A stretch of DNA of 64,000 bases, taken from NCBI RefSeq assembly GCF_018977255.1, contig NW_024704743.1, positions 19,222,001 through 19,286,000 on the forward strand, in the 5' to 3' direction. The notes beneath the pieces were generated by a model. It worked only from the letters and a program-made list of their open reading frames with translations. It did no database searches and was not told where the DNA came from. Source of the DNA: Callorhinchus milii. Lineage: Eukaryota. The translations under genes and the position numbers were made by a program. Positions 53,870 through 64,000 of the stretch are shown piece after piece (positions within the stretch are counted from its first letter, which is position 1; every line of letters starts with the position of its first letter).

Positions 53870-55150
53870 TGCCTCCTCCAGTACCAACTCCAGGTCTATC
53901 AATGTTCTATCAGCTTGTCTGGCAGACATCAAGGCCTGGATGAATATAAATTTCCTGCCGCTGAATTTAGAAAATGGGATTCCTGTAGAGTCCTGTAGCT
54001 CAGTGGTTGGAGCACTTGCCTCTCAAGCGAGAGGACCCGGGTTCGATCCCCAGCAGGTCAGAACGAAACCCTGGGCAAGTTTCTTTAATCCACCACACGT
54101 CTGATAATAATCCCTCAAGAGAAGAAAACAAATGATAATAATATTAATCACTTCAATCCATGACTTTTGTGGGACATTGCTATGCGCAATTGGCTGCCGC
54201 ATTTTGCCCACATATATGTATATATATACAGTTAATTCGCTTTACAGTATATTCTGTGAAGCACTTTGAGATGCCTAGAAGACGTGAAAAGTGCTATATC
54301 AAATGCAAGGATTATTATTATATTTATTATGAATGTGGACAAGATGGAAGCCATATTCCTTGGCTCCCATCAATGTCTTCGCTCCTGCGGATCTAAACTT
54401 CTCAACCTCCCTGGGCTCTCCCTCAGACTCATCGAACCAATGCACAGCCTGGACATCCGGTTTGACACCCAGCTGTCCTTCCTCCCACATCCGGTCCCCG
54501 ACCAGGACTGCCTTCTTCCACCTCCGCCACATTGCCCGCCACCTACCGTATCTTAACCCAAATGCAGCTGAAACCCTCGTGCATACGTTTGTCACCTCCT
54601 GCCTGGATTACTCAAACGCACTCCTCGCCGGTCTCCCCAGCTCCACTATTCAAAAGATCCAGCTCATGGAGAACCCTGCCGCCCACATACTGACCCGGAC
54701 CAAACTACACACCCCGATCTCACCAGTTCTGTCCAGGCTCCACTGGCTCCCCATCACCGAACGGATCAACTTCAAGATCTTCACACTCATGCACAAATCC
54801 ATTCACTCCCTGGCACCTCCCTACCTCTCCGACCTCCTCACTCAACAATTCACCACCCGGCGTCTCCACTTGACTGGCACTGGCCTCCTGCTCGTCCCTC
54901 GCACACTCCGCCCACCATCGGAGGTCGTGTTTTTAGCCACTATGCCCCAAAACTCCGGAACACATAACCTCAATCCCTCCGCCTTGGCCCCTCTCTACCC
55001 TCTTTCAAGTCCCGCCTGAAAACCTCCTCTTCGACAATGCTTACACCTCCTTCCCCACGGCTTAGTGTCAGGCTCCACCACTATTAAGAGCTCTGAGACG
55101 CTACCCTGCGTGGATGGCTCTATATAAGTGCAAGTTGTTGGTGTTGTTGC
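53870..55150 (+). mobile_element. L2 LINE fragment split by a SINE at ~53988-54322
   Basis: DIKAWMNINFLPLN | (SINE) | NVDKMEAI...LVHTFVTSCLDYSNALLAGLP...LHWLPITERINFKI; (ttg) tail. Confidence 0.85.
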
Positions 55151-56634
55151 AGTTTTTGTTCCTTGACTTGCCATCATGCGAGTCAAGTGGCTGCTCTGTG
55201 ACTTCATCCATGGCGGTAATCCAAGATGTTTCTTTTCCAAAGAAAATTATGAAAGTCTTCCCTTGAGATATCGTCTCAATGTGAAATGCCCTATATAAAT
55301 GCAAATTGTATTGTAAGAATCCATGACATTATTCAAAAAGGGATTTTTCACAGTATGCTGGCCAACAATCCACCATTTAAGTTAATCAGTAAACTCCCGG
55401 TTATTTATGGGCATTGTTCTGTGCAAATTGGCTGCCTTGTTTGCCCTCAAATTGCACTACCATTACACGTAGAGTTTTGATGTTATAGGCACTATATTGA
55501 ATAGAAGGAATATTATTATATTAATAATACTAACCCCTGCATTTGATATAGTGCCTTATCACGTCTTCTAGACGTCTCAAAGTGCTTCACAGAATATACT
55601 GTAAAGTGAATTGACTGTATATTTTGTGGGCGAAACGTGACAGCCAATTGCGCACAGCGGTGTCTAACAAACAGTGATGGATTGAGTGACAAAATTATTA
55701 TTATTTTTTGATTTATTTTTTGGAAGGGATTATGACCCCTGGAAAAGTGATCCACTTACTGACTGACAACTGGGTTCCTACTTAACGATAGGTAAACAGA
55801 GGCGTGTGAAGAAAGGAAACTTGCCCAACATTTCACCCTGCCCCGAATTGAACCCAGGTCCTGTTGCTGGGGAGGCGAGTCCTCTAAGCAATAAGCCTCA
55901 GGACTCCGTATGGACGAGTACAGAAAATTTCATGTGATTTGAATTTTTTAAATTATAATGGTGAAAATGTGCATTACATTATAAACTGCATTCTCTCTCC
56001 CAATAATGTCAGAGGATGGAAATCAACGTTAACTTTCAAAATGCAAAATATTTAATCATAATCCTTGCATTTGGTAAAGTATGATTCATTTTGCTGGTAC
56101 GTCCCAAAGTGCCTGATAGGAATTACTGTGAAGTGTAAATGAACACAGCAGGCCAATTGCACACAGCAATGTCCCACGTGCAACCATGAAACAAATGACC
56201 CATTTTATTCAGGGAATTGTTGCCCAGTATACAGGGAAACTCCTTTCTTTTTTCGAAAAGTGCCATGGCATCTTTAAAGTCCACCTGACCAGGCAGACTG
56301 GATCTCAATTTACCGTCACCAAAGACGGTACCTCCGTCAATGCAACACACCTCCAGTGCTGTATTGTAGTTGTCATCTTAGATTACGTGAGTTGAATTCC
56401 CAACGTTGGGCTGAAACCCATAACCTTCTGACTTAGAGGCGAGAGTGCTACCAATGAAGCCAGCCTGACACAAAACTAAGCCAGGCTGACACATTTAAAA
56501 TAATTCTTGCAAAACAGTAAAACAATTCAGCCAGACAACCATGCTTTGCTTCTTGGTGCTCGAGTTATATGAATCAGACTGTTTTAAATGAATAAATAAG
56601 TTCCGTTTTTTTCCCGAATTCTCTGATATGATAG

Positions 56635-56741
56635 GAATGTTTGTCTACTTTCGAGCAAGCTCCGACTCTGCTGCAGATGGGACAGCTCAGCTTGGCAGTC
56701 CTGTTCTAAGAAAGCAATTCATCAAGGGATCACTCTGCCAG
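56635..56741 (+). CDS. MALRD1: Exon: MAM3 (GMFVYFRASSDSAADGTAQLGSPVLRKQFIKGSLCQ)
   Basis: atgatag|GA ... CAG|gtaatt; G.F.Y...AxLxSP...C motif; phase 1 to 0. Confidence 0.88.
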
Positions 56742-57599
56742 GTAATTATGTTTCTGCCATTTCTGGAACGCGCTTTAACTCAGAGACCTGACATTAAATA
56801 CATCCCACAAACCACGAAGGCACAACCAAGAACCTCAGTAGTTTGTGATTGAAACGGTATATATATCAAATCAGATGTTCCCATTGCACTGCACTGAGGA
56901 GGAAGCTGGCCTTTTTAATGTACTGTAATGCATCAATGAATTATGCATGAAATATAAATGCAATTCTAATAAAAAAGGTATTCTAATGCAAAATTGTTTG
57001 GCATTACGATGTTAATCACGTCAAAACAAATCATCCTCTGGCAAAAATAGTATTGCATCGACCGCTTGCCTGTGATACTGCAATAAAAATGATGTATGAC
57101 TCCTGGCTGCTCTCCCTTCGCAGCAACAAAGATCGGTCCCTCCTTCAATTCAGTTAATTCCTAAAATAAAAGCAGATGCCACACAAGTTTTTATGGAATC
57201 TTCTAAAGTCCAATGTCAATTTGTCAAAGAAAGAAACAACATTTCTCTTAAAACAGGATTTGATCATATATATTGGTATTGATCACTGAAAGAAAAGGCA
57301 GGCGGCATCGAGTTTTATTTCTCTGTCGCTCTGTGTGGCTGGATGTTAAACAAACGACCGCCCTCAGATGGTGCAGGACGTGTGACAGAGCAACAGCAGA
57401 AACCCAGGGAGATTGTGCCAGAGACTTCATTCATAGACAGTTCCAACTGAATTGAACGTAGAGCAAGCAATTGATTTAAAATGACTTACAGATAGCACCT
57501 GAAGTTGAATTTGATCCCCACGACATTAATTTTTCATTTCATTTAAACTGTAGTGAACAGCAAAGGTTTTGCGATTCCCAGGAGTTGATCTGATCAGTG

Positions 57600-58710
57600 T
57601 TGAAGGGTGCAGTAGGTTCCTGTGCTTCTTGTGTTGAGCCTCTCAAGGGAGCGAGCAGGATGGTAGGGGGTGAGGAGGTCACAGAGATAGGGGGAGCAAG
57701 ACCATGGAGGGCTTTGAAGGTGAGGACCAGGATCTTGAACTGTGTGATGGGAAGCCAGTGGAGTTGGCTGAGGACAGTGGTGATAGGGTCACGGAACCTG
57801 GTGCGGGAGAGGACACGGCTGCAGAGTTCTGGATGATCTGCAGCCTGTGGAGGGAGGAGTTGGGGAGGCCAACAAGCAAGGAGTTTGCATAGTTAAGCCT
57901 CGTTGTAATGAAAGCTTGTGGTGTGAGATAGTGGCAGAGCTGGGTGATGTTGTGGAGGTGGGGGAAGGCAGAGCGGGTCACGGCACAGATATTGGGTAGA
58001 AAGGATAGTTGAGGGTCAAACAAGACTGGCTTAGCAAGGTGCAGTGTGCATCCATGGATGGTGATGCTGTCAACGCCTGAGGTGTGGAGGCGCTGACGGG
58101 AGCCAATCAGGAGAGCCTCAGTCTTGTTGACATTAAACTGAAGAAAGTTAGTTCTCATCCAGGACTTGATGTCTGACAGACAGTTTGTCAGGACAGAAGT
58201 GGTCCTTAAGTCAAGGGTGGAGGCAGAGAGGTATAGTTGGGTGTCATCTGCATACATGTGGAAGTTGACCCCATGTCTGCAGATGGTGTCACCAAGAGGG
58301 AGCATATAGATATTGAAGAGGAAGGGACCAAGAACAGAGCCCTGAGGAACGCCTCATGAGATGGGGCGGGGGCTAGAGAAGAAACCGTTTGAGAGACGGT
58401 ACGATCTGAACCAGTCAAGGACAGAGCCGTGAAGGTTGAAGTGAGAAGAGAGGCAGTGGATGAGGATAGAGTGGTCGACGGTGTCGAAGGCAGCAGAGAG
58501 GTCAAGGAGGATGAGGAGGCAGAGGGAGCCCTGGTCGCAGATGGACAGAATGTAATTTGTCACTTTGACCGGAGCTGTTTCTGTGCTGTGGGTGGTATGG
58601 AAACTTGATTGGAAGGGGTTCGTGAAGGGAGTGGCAGGAGAGGAAGGAGCGAAGCTGAGAAGCAACAACTCATTCCAGGATTTTGGAGAGGAAAGGGAGG
58701 TTGGAGGTGG
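57600..58710 (-). mobile_element. L2 LINE RT fragment with intact YADD motif
   Basis: [39 protein letters not shown] motifs in successive frames. Confidence 0.9.
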
Positions 58711-59182
58711 AGCGCTAGTTTGAGAGATTATTATTCTTTAAGTAAGTATAATAATCCTTACAGTTGGCACAGTGCCTTTCACATCGGCAGGATGCCACAA
58801 AGCACTTCATAAGATATATACTTCAAGTGCAGTGACTGTGCTTTGTGGGCAAATGTTCAGCCAATTTACCTACAACAATGTCCCACAAACAGACAAAGAG
58901 TAAGTGGGGGATTGTTGGCCAGGAAAATATGGTAAGTATCGCATCACATTTTCACCTCGATATTTCAATTAATATAGAGAGGTACATAACCTTGTCTTGG
59001 ACAGATGTGATATCAGGGATTAGCTATATTGTCAGTAAATCGGCAACACTATAATAGAACTTCTGTTTAAATGATTTCTGCTTCTCAGTTACTTAAGATT
59101 TAGTCACAGATGTGTTTCGCATGAACAGGAGTTAAACGAGAATTTTCTAACAGTGTAGGATTTGTCTTTTATTTTGACTAAG

Positions 59183-59356
59183 GTGAGGTTCTGGTACCAG
59201 ATGTCCCCAGGAGCTAAACTTTCAGTGCACACTAGAACAGTGGTTGGCGGCCATTCTGAGAGAGTCACTGAGATCACCACAGCAACCAACAGAGGCTGGG
59301 CTACGCAGGAGATTACGGTGGAACCCAGCGCAGCAGAAGCCATGATACCTTTCCAG
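59183..59356 (+). CDS. MALRD1: Exon: MAM3 (VRFWYQMSPGAKLSVHTRTVVGGHSERVTEITTATNRGWATQEITVEPSAAEAMIPFQ)
   Basis: gactaag|GTG ... CAG|gtacca; 174 nt, phase 0-0. Confidence 0.88.
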
Positions 59357-61062
59357 GTACCAAGAGCATTTTGGGGGGGAATCCAGGTGTCTGACACAAG
59401 CAGAAACTCATCACCAGGCTTAAGAGTATCCAAACCAAAATTCTGTGTATTCCATCTGCACATAGAAATTCCTAAAATATTTATTGGAATGGAATGCACA
59501 CTCTCTCCCTGGAGGGGTGCATCCTGCCTGCCTAATTCCAAGAACATGGTTAAACAAAATCAATCCAAATCAAACAGTTGGAAAACCTTGAAATTCCTAC
59601 TGCCCTATAATAATACAACAAAATTACATTTGTATAGCGCCTTTCACGGCGGGAGGACGTCCCAAGGCCCTGGACAGACAGTGTTATGGACCCAAGCTGG
59701 GGGGCAAGGTTGGGGATAACACTTGCATTTGATACAGCTACTTAACACGTCTTTGAGACGTCTCAAATCGCTTCGTAGAGTACACTGTAAAGTGAATTGA
59801 CTGTATATTTTGAGGGCGAAAAACCTGTGTGGGGTTACTTAATACACTGAACATTAATGATATTTCAGGCAGTACTCCATGGTACTGTTGATGGACCAGC
59901 TAGTTTGGCTCTTTGGCAAGACATGGAAGAGCAGACCGGTCGCTGGGGGCTGAGATTCTTCCCACTTGGCTCCATGTAACACTGCAAGTCAAAGCACTGA
60001 CTGGTAGAGTGATCCAAGCTGAACACACAGTGGGTTGCTAGCCAGTCCTTGGTAGGCTGTGCGGATCATAAGAAAACAGAAACAGGAGGAAGCCATTCAG
60101 CCTATTGAATCTGTTCCACAAGGTTATTAGAGCTTGGGAATTTTTTTAATCCCAGTGACCTGCCTTTTCATCATATCTCTTTATACTTCTCTTCACAAAA
60201 TATCTGGTGAATATCTCCCCCTTTAAACAGCCCTATTGAGTCAACCTGGGGAAGAGCATTCTACATCTTCACAATCCTCTGTGTGAACAAATGCTTCCTG
60301 CTCTGAGTTCTAACCATCTTGGAAGAAATATTAATACTTTTTCTCTGTTAACTAATTCCAGAACTCTTATTAGTTAGTTCTAATCTTACAGCATGTATCT
60401 TTCTTTGATTATATTAACCTGTGCCTGAAGCAAAAAACCAAATTAATTCAGAGGTGTTGGAGTCTGTTGGATTTTTTTGTGCTGTGCAAATGTGATTTTG
60501 TTGTATCAAATTGTGAAATGTGTAATAGTTAAAAAACGTTGCATTTTCCATTTATTTCCTAAATCCTGATATGGAACACTCACTGTGTTCAGGACAATGG
60601 TTCAGCTGGAGATTTTCAACACCATATCTTGGTGTATTGTGTCTGATATACAGCTGCCTAATTATACCATCAGTTCTTATTTCCAACCCAGGAGCATAAC
60701 GATTCAGGTTGATTTCACAGGAAATAAATTTAATTCAATCTGCTTTGGAATAAACCAGTATCTTGTGATTGACTGAAAGTGAGCTCTTCACAGGCAACTT
60801 CATTGACAGTGCTGAAATCTTCAGGATTAGGCTGAAGTTGGGGTGTGAAGCTCAACCACCCCAACTTTATTCCAATTGCTGGGCTCAAAGATTTCCAGGC
60901 TGCCACGGTTGTTTTTGAGGGAGAAGGGAAGGAACACCAGGTGTTCAAGTGCTGTTCTTTAGGAATTCATGGAAATACAAAATGGTTCTGTTATTAAAAT
61001 GTTGCAAGTCACACACCAAATGCTCCCCACTAATGCTGGGTTCTCAATTTCCTTCATTGCAG

Positions 61063-61186
61063 ATTATTCTCCAGGCCAGTGTCACAGCAATGGCCAATTC
61101 CTTTGTCGTTATTGATGACATTACATTAACTCCGGGATGTGCTGTGTCGAATGCACGGCTGCCTAATTCCACCACGGATCACAAAG
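61063..61186 (+). CDS. MALRD1: Exon: MAM3 end plus linker (IILQASVTAMANSFVVIDDITLTPGCAVSNARLPNSTTDHK)
   Basis: cattgcag|ATT ... AAG|gtacgt; IDDI.L...C motif; ends in phase 1. Confidence 0.88.
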
Positions 61187-61724
61187 GTACGTTTCAAAGA
61201 TATTTGTTGTTTAGTAGTGTTTATTACTGTAAAAGAGAAAGGAATTCCTCCTGGTGTTCTAGCCAACAATCCCTCGAATAATATTGTCACTCAGTTCATG
61301 GATATTTGTGGAACATTGCTCTGCACAAATTGGTTGTTGCATTCACCTACAAAATGCACAGTCACTACACTTACAGTAAATCCTGAGAAATGCTTTGACG
61401 ACATGATAAGACATTATCTCAAATGCAAGGATTATTCATTTACATAAACTGCATAAGGTCAAATGTGGTGTTCTAAACACATTCTTCTGGGGGATGGGGG
61501 GTTTTCAAATATTACAGTGTATGTTAACCTTGATATCTCACTCAAATGCCTGTGTGAACCTTGACAGTACAGAGTGCTTGCAGACTGCTTGGCTAACATC
61601 CATCCTGTTTCCAGTGATCAGGCAAGAGAATGAGAGTCCTGGTTAATTTTTCTCTCTCTTACCTAGCAGCACTAATGCCAATTGTAACACCCTAACACTG
61701 CTGCAGTTAAGATCAGTCCAGTCC

Positions 61725-62500
61725 AACAACAACAAAATTACATTTATAGAGCGCCTTTCACGTTGAGAGGATGTCCCAAGGGGTCAGGACCTGAGCATGG
61801 GGGAGAGGTGGGGCAGGGGTGAGGGAAGGCAGAGAGGTGGGAGGGTGACCAAAGGCACAATCGACGAGGAGGCTTCTTGAGACCGGCCTTGCAGGAGGCA
61901 AGGGAGGAAGTGAGGTGAAGGCACTGTGAGATGGAGTTCCAGAGTGTGGGGACAGAGAGGCTGAAAGCCCGGCCACCGATGGTAGGGCGGGTCGTGCGGG
62001 AAACCGGGAGCAGGCTGGAGCCTGCTGAACAGAGGGAGCGGGTAGGTTGGTAGGGAGTCAGAAGGTCAGAGAGCTAGGAGGGAACAAGGCCATGGATGGC
62101 CTTGAAAGTGAGAACGAGGATCTTGAATTCAATCCCCTGGGGGATGGGGAGCCAGTAGAGTCAGGCGAGGGTGGGAGTGATGGGTCACAGAGCCCGGTGC
62201 ACAAGAGTACACGAGCTGCAGAGTTTTGGATGATCTGCAGCTTGTGAAGGGAAGAGTTGGGAAGGCCGATGAGGAGAGAATTTCCATAATCGAGCCTTGA
62301 TGTGACGAATGTGTGGGTGAGGGCTTCGGCAGCCTGAGGGGTGAGGCAGTAGCAGAGTCTGGCAATGTTGCGGATGTGGTGGTAGGCAGTGCCGGTCATG
62401 CCATGGATGTGAGGGAGAAAGGACAGTTCGGGGTCAAACAAGACAGGTTCCTGACTGGCTTAGTGAGGCTGAGTGTGCAGCCGTGGTTGCAGATGCTGCC
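61725..62500 (-). mobile_element. L2 LINE 3' fragment
   Basis: [37 protein letters not shown] motifs; tail near 61725. Confidence 0.85.
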
Positions 62501-63141
62501 AGTCCAGGGAGTGAATCTGGGACCTTTCTCGTCTGGATGGTTCAATTACTCATGGGATAATATTATTTTAAAAACAGCTCTCTCCTCACATTTTGTGGGA
62601 ACATTTTTGAGTGCCATTCTGAGCCGTTGAATCAAATTGCATTGTGTTTAGGGGATAATGGCCTCTTTTCTCTGGTCAGCCGGGTGTCTTGACAAGTGAA
62701 GGAAACCATCACCAGGCTTAAGAGTATCCAAACCAGACTAAAAATTCTGTGTATTCCATCTGCACATGGAAATTCCTAAAATATTTATTGGAATATTCCA
62801 CCTACACATTCCACCTACACATGGACATCCCAGAGATAGATTGTTGGAGTGAAATGCGCACTCTCTCCCTGGAGGGACACATCCTGCTTACCTAATTCCG
62901 GAAATTATTAGATGCAGGTTGGCAAGAGCCGAGGCTTGGTGACCCCAGAGTGTGTGTTGGAGCACTGCTGGAAATTAACCAGCTAAACCCACTTGCCATT
63001 GATAGTTTAGTCACCTCAGCTTGCAGGGGCTTCTCCCACTCTCACAATTGCAAATGGCATCCTACCAACTTCAGCAATTTCAGACAAGTGTTTTGGAATC
63101 CCAGAATTTTTACCCCAATATTTCTTCTTTCATTTTGACAG

Positions 63142-63587
63142 ATCATGGGAAGTTTCTCTTTCTCGCCACCAACTTGCACGGGGACCAAACTGGGTTGACG
63201 ATTAATGCAGATGATGTGGCTTGTTTGGGTCGAGTCACGGATAATCCTTCAGCTGTTTTCACAATTTCCTCACCTGGCTTGTACCAGACATGGTACAGAC
63301 CGTCTCCCTGAAATCTGTATTGAAGAGCCACTTCTTTTTAGTCCACTCTCAGGTGGACTCGTCGGATGAAATAAAATTATTTATCAAGCAAGAATCACCG
63401 GGCGACACTGATGTAGTTCAGGCTTCATTTTGGTTACTGAAGAGTAAATGGTTTGAAGGATATGATGCTCTGGAAGCGGTCAGTCTCCCAGGCTACTTTG
63501 TCCGACACAAGAACTCTCACATCTTATTGGCGAAGGATGACGGTTCAGAGAGTTTCAAACAAGAAGCCAGCTGGAAAGTGCAATCAG
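63142..63587 (+). CDS. Exon encoding an AbfB/CBM42-like beta-trefoil domain, interrupted by a 1-nt frameshift near 63278
   Basis: ttttgacag|AT phase-1 acceptor. Frame A reads DHGKFLFLAT...AVFTISSPG. Frame B continues LVPDMVQTVSLKS...QASFWLLKSKWFEGYDALEAVSLPGYFVRHKNSHILLAKDDGSESFKQEASWKVQS, with a phase-1 donor CAG|gtgctt. The E..S.PGYF.RH....L..DDGS..F...ASW pattern is typical of AbfB subdomains. Confidence 0.72.
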
Positions 63588-64000
63588 GTGCTTGCAGTTC
63601 CTTTTATGTTTCAAGCACCAGGTGGGCTTTGAGGTCATAGTGTTGGCTGGCCATCCCGCACAGTGCTGGGGCAGCACTATATTATTGTAAGATCCGACCT
63701 TCGGATGAGACATTAAACCTGAGATCCCACCTGCTACCTCAGCTGTAGCTTAGTGCTGTGAGTTGCTATCCAGAGTAAAGGATGTTATATAAACGCAAGT
63801 TGTTGTTCAAGAGACCAAATGACTATTGGAAATAGAATGAAGTTTCTCCCAGTGTCCTGGCCAACAAACCTCCCAATAAAATCCTCCAGATTCTCTGTTA
63901 AATATGGAGGTCTTCTGGATCGTCACTTCCTTGTTGTGTATTTTGAAGTAACACAGGGTGTGAGATATTGGACCCAGACCACGGCATTATAATGGGGTTG

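Noticed and set aside
59357..59719. Extension of the 185-aa ORF beyond the MAM3 exon
   Set aside because: It is read-through past a good donor into intronic repeat sequence.
63281..63352. Possible micro-intron rescuing the AbfB frameshift (GT at 63281 or 63293; AG ending 63341 or 63352)
   Set aside because: Both donors are phase 2 while the acceptors need phase 1 or 0. Splicing would also remove the conserved TVSLKS motif.

Overview
Vertebrate genomic DNA. The repeat content (L2/CR1/Tx1 LINE fragments, tRNA-derived SINEs with (ATT)n tails, Deu-domain-like SINEs) suggests a cartilaginous fish, possibly a chimaera; this is inferred. The main feature is one + strand multi-exon gene, most of which the ORF track misses. 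I assembled 14 exons by hand (17571..61186; 1869 nt, 623 codons). They have canonical AG/GT boundaries, consistent phases and no stops. They encode LDLa-MAM-LDLa-MAM-LDLa-MAM, collinear with the N-terminal part of MALRD1 (Diet1) as I recall it. The most unusual item is the next exon (63142..63587). Human MALRD1, as recalled, goes straight from MAM3 to MAM4, but this gene has a single exon there encoding an AbfB/CBM42-like (arabinofuranosidase-B-type) beta-trefoil domain. That exon is broken by a one-base frameshift near 63278; adding one base gives a 447-nt symmetric phase-1/phase-1 exon. A candidate promoter (2x ATTGG plus TATAAAAG, about 14365-14409) and first exon with a possible ACG or lost start codon lie upstream. 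The rest is intronic or intergenic and rich in repeats, including nested insertions and a rearranged CR1. The gene probably continues past the window end.
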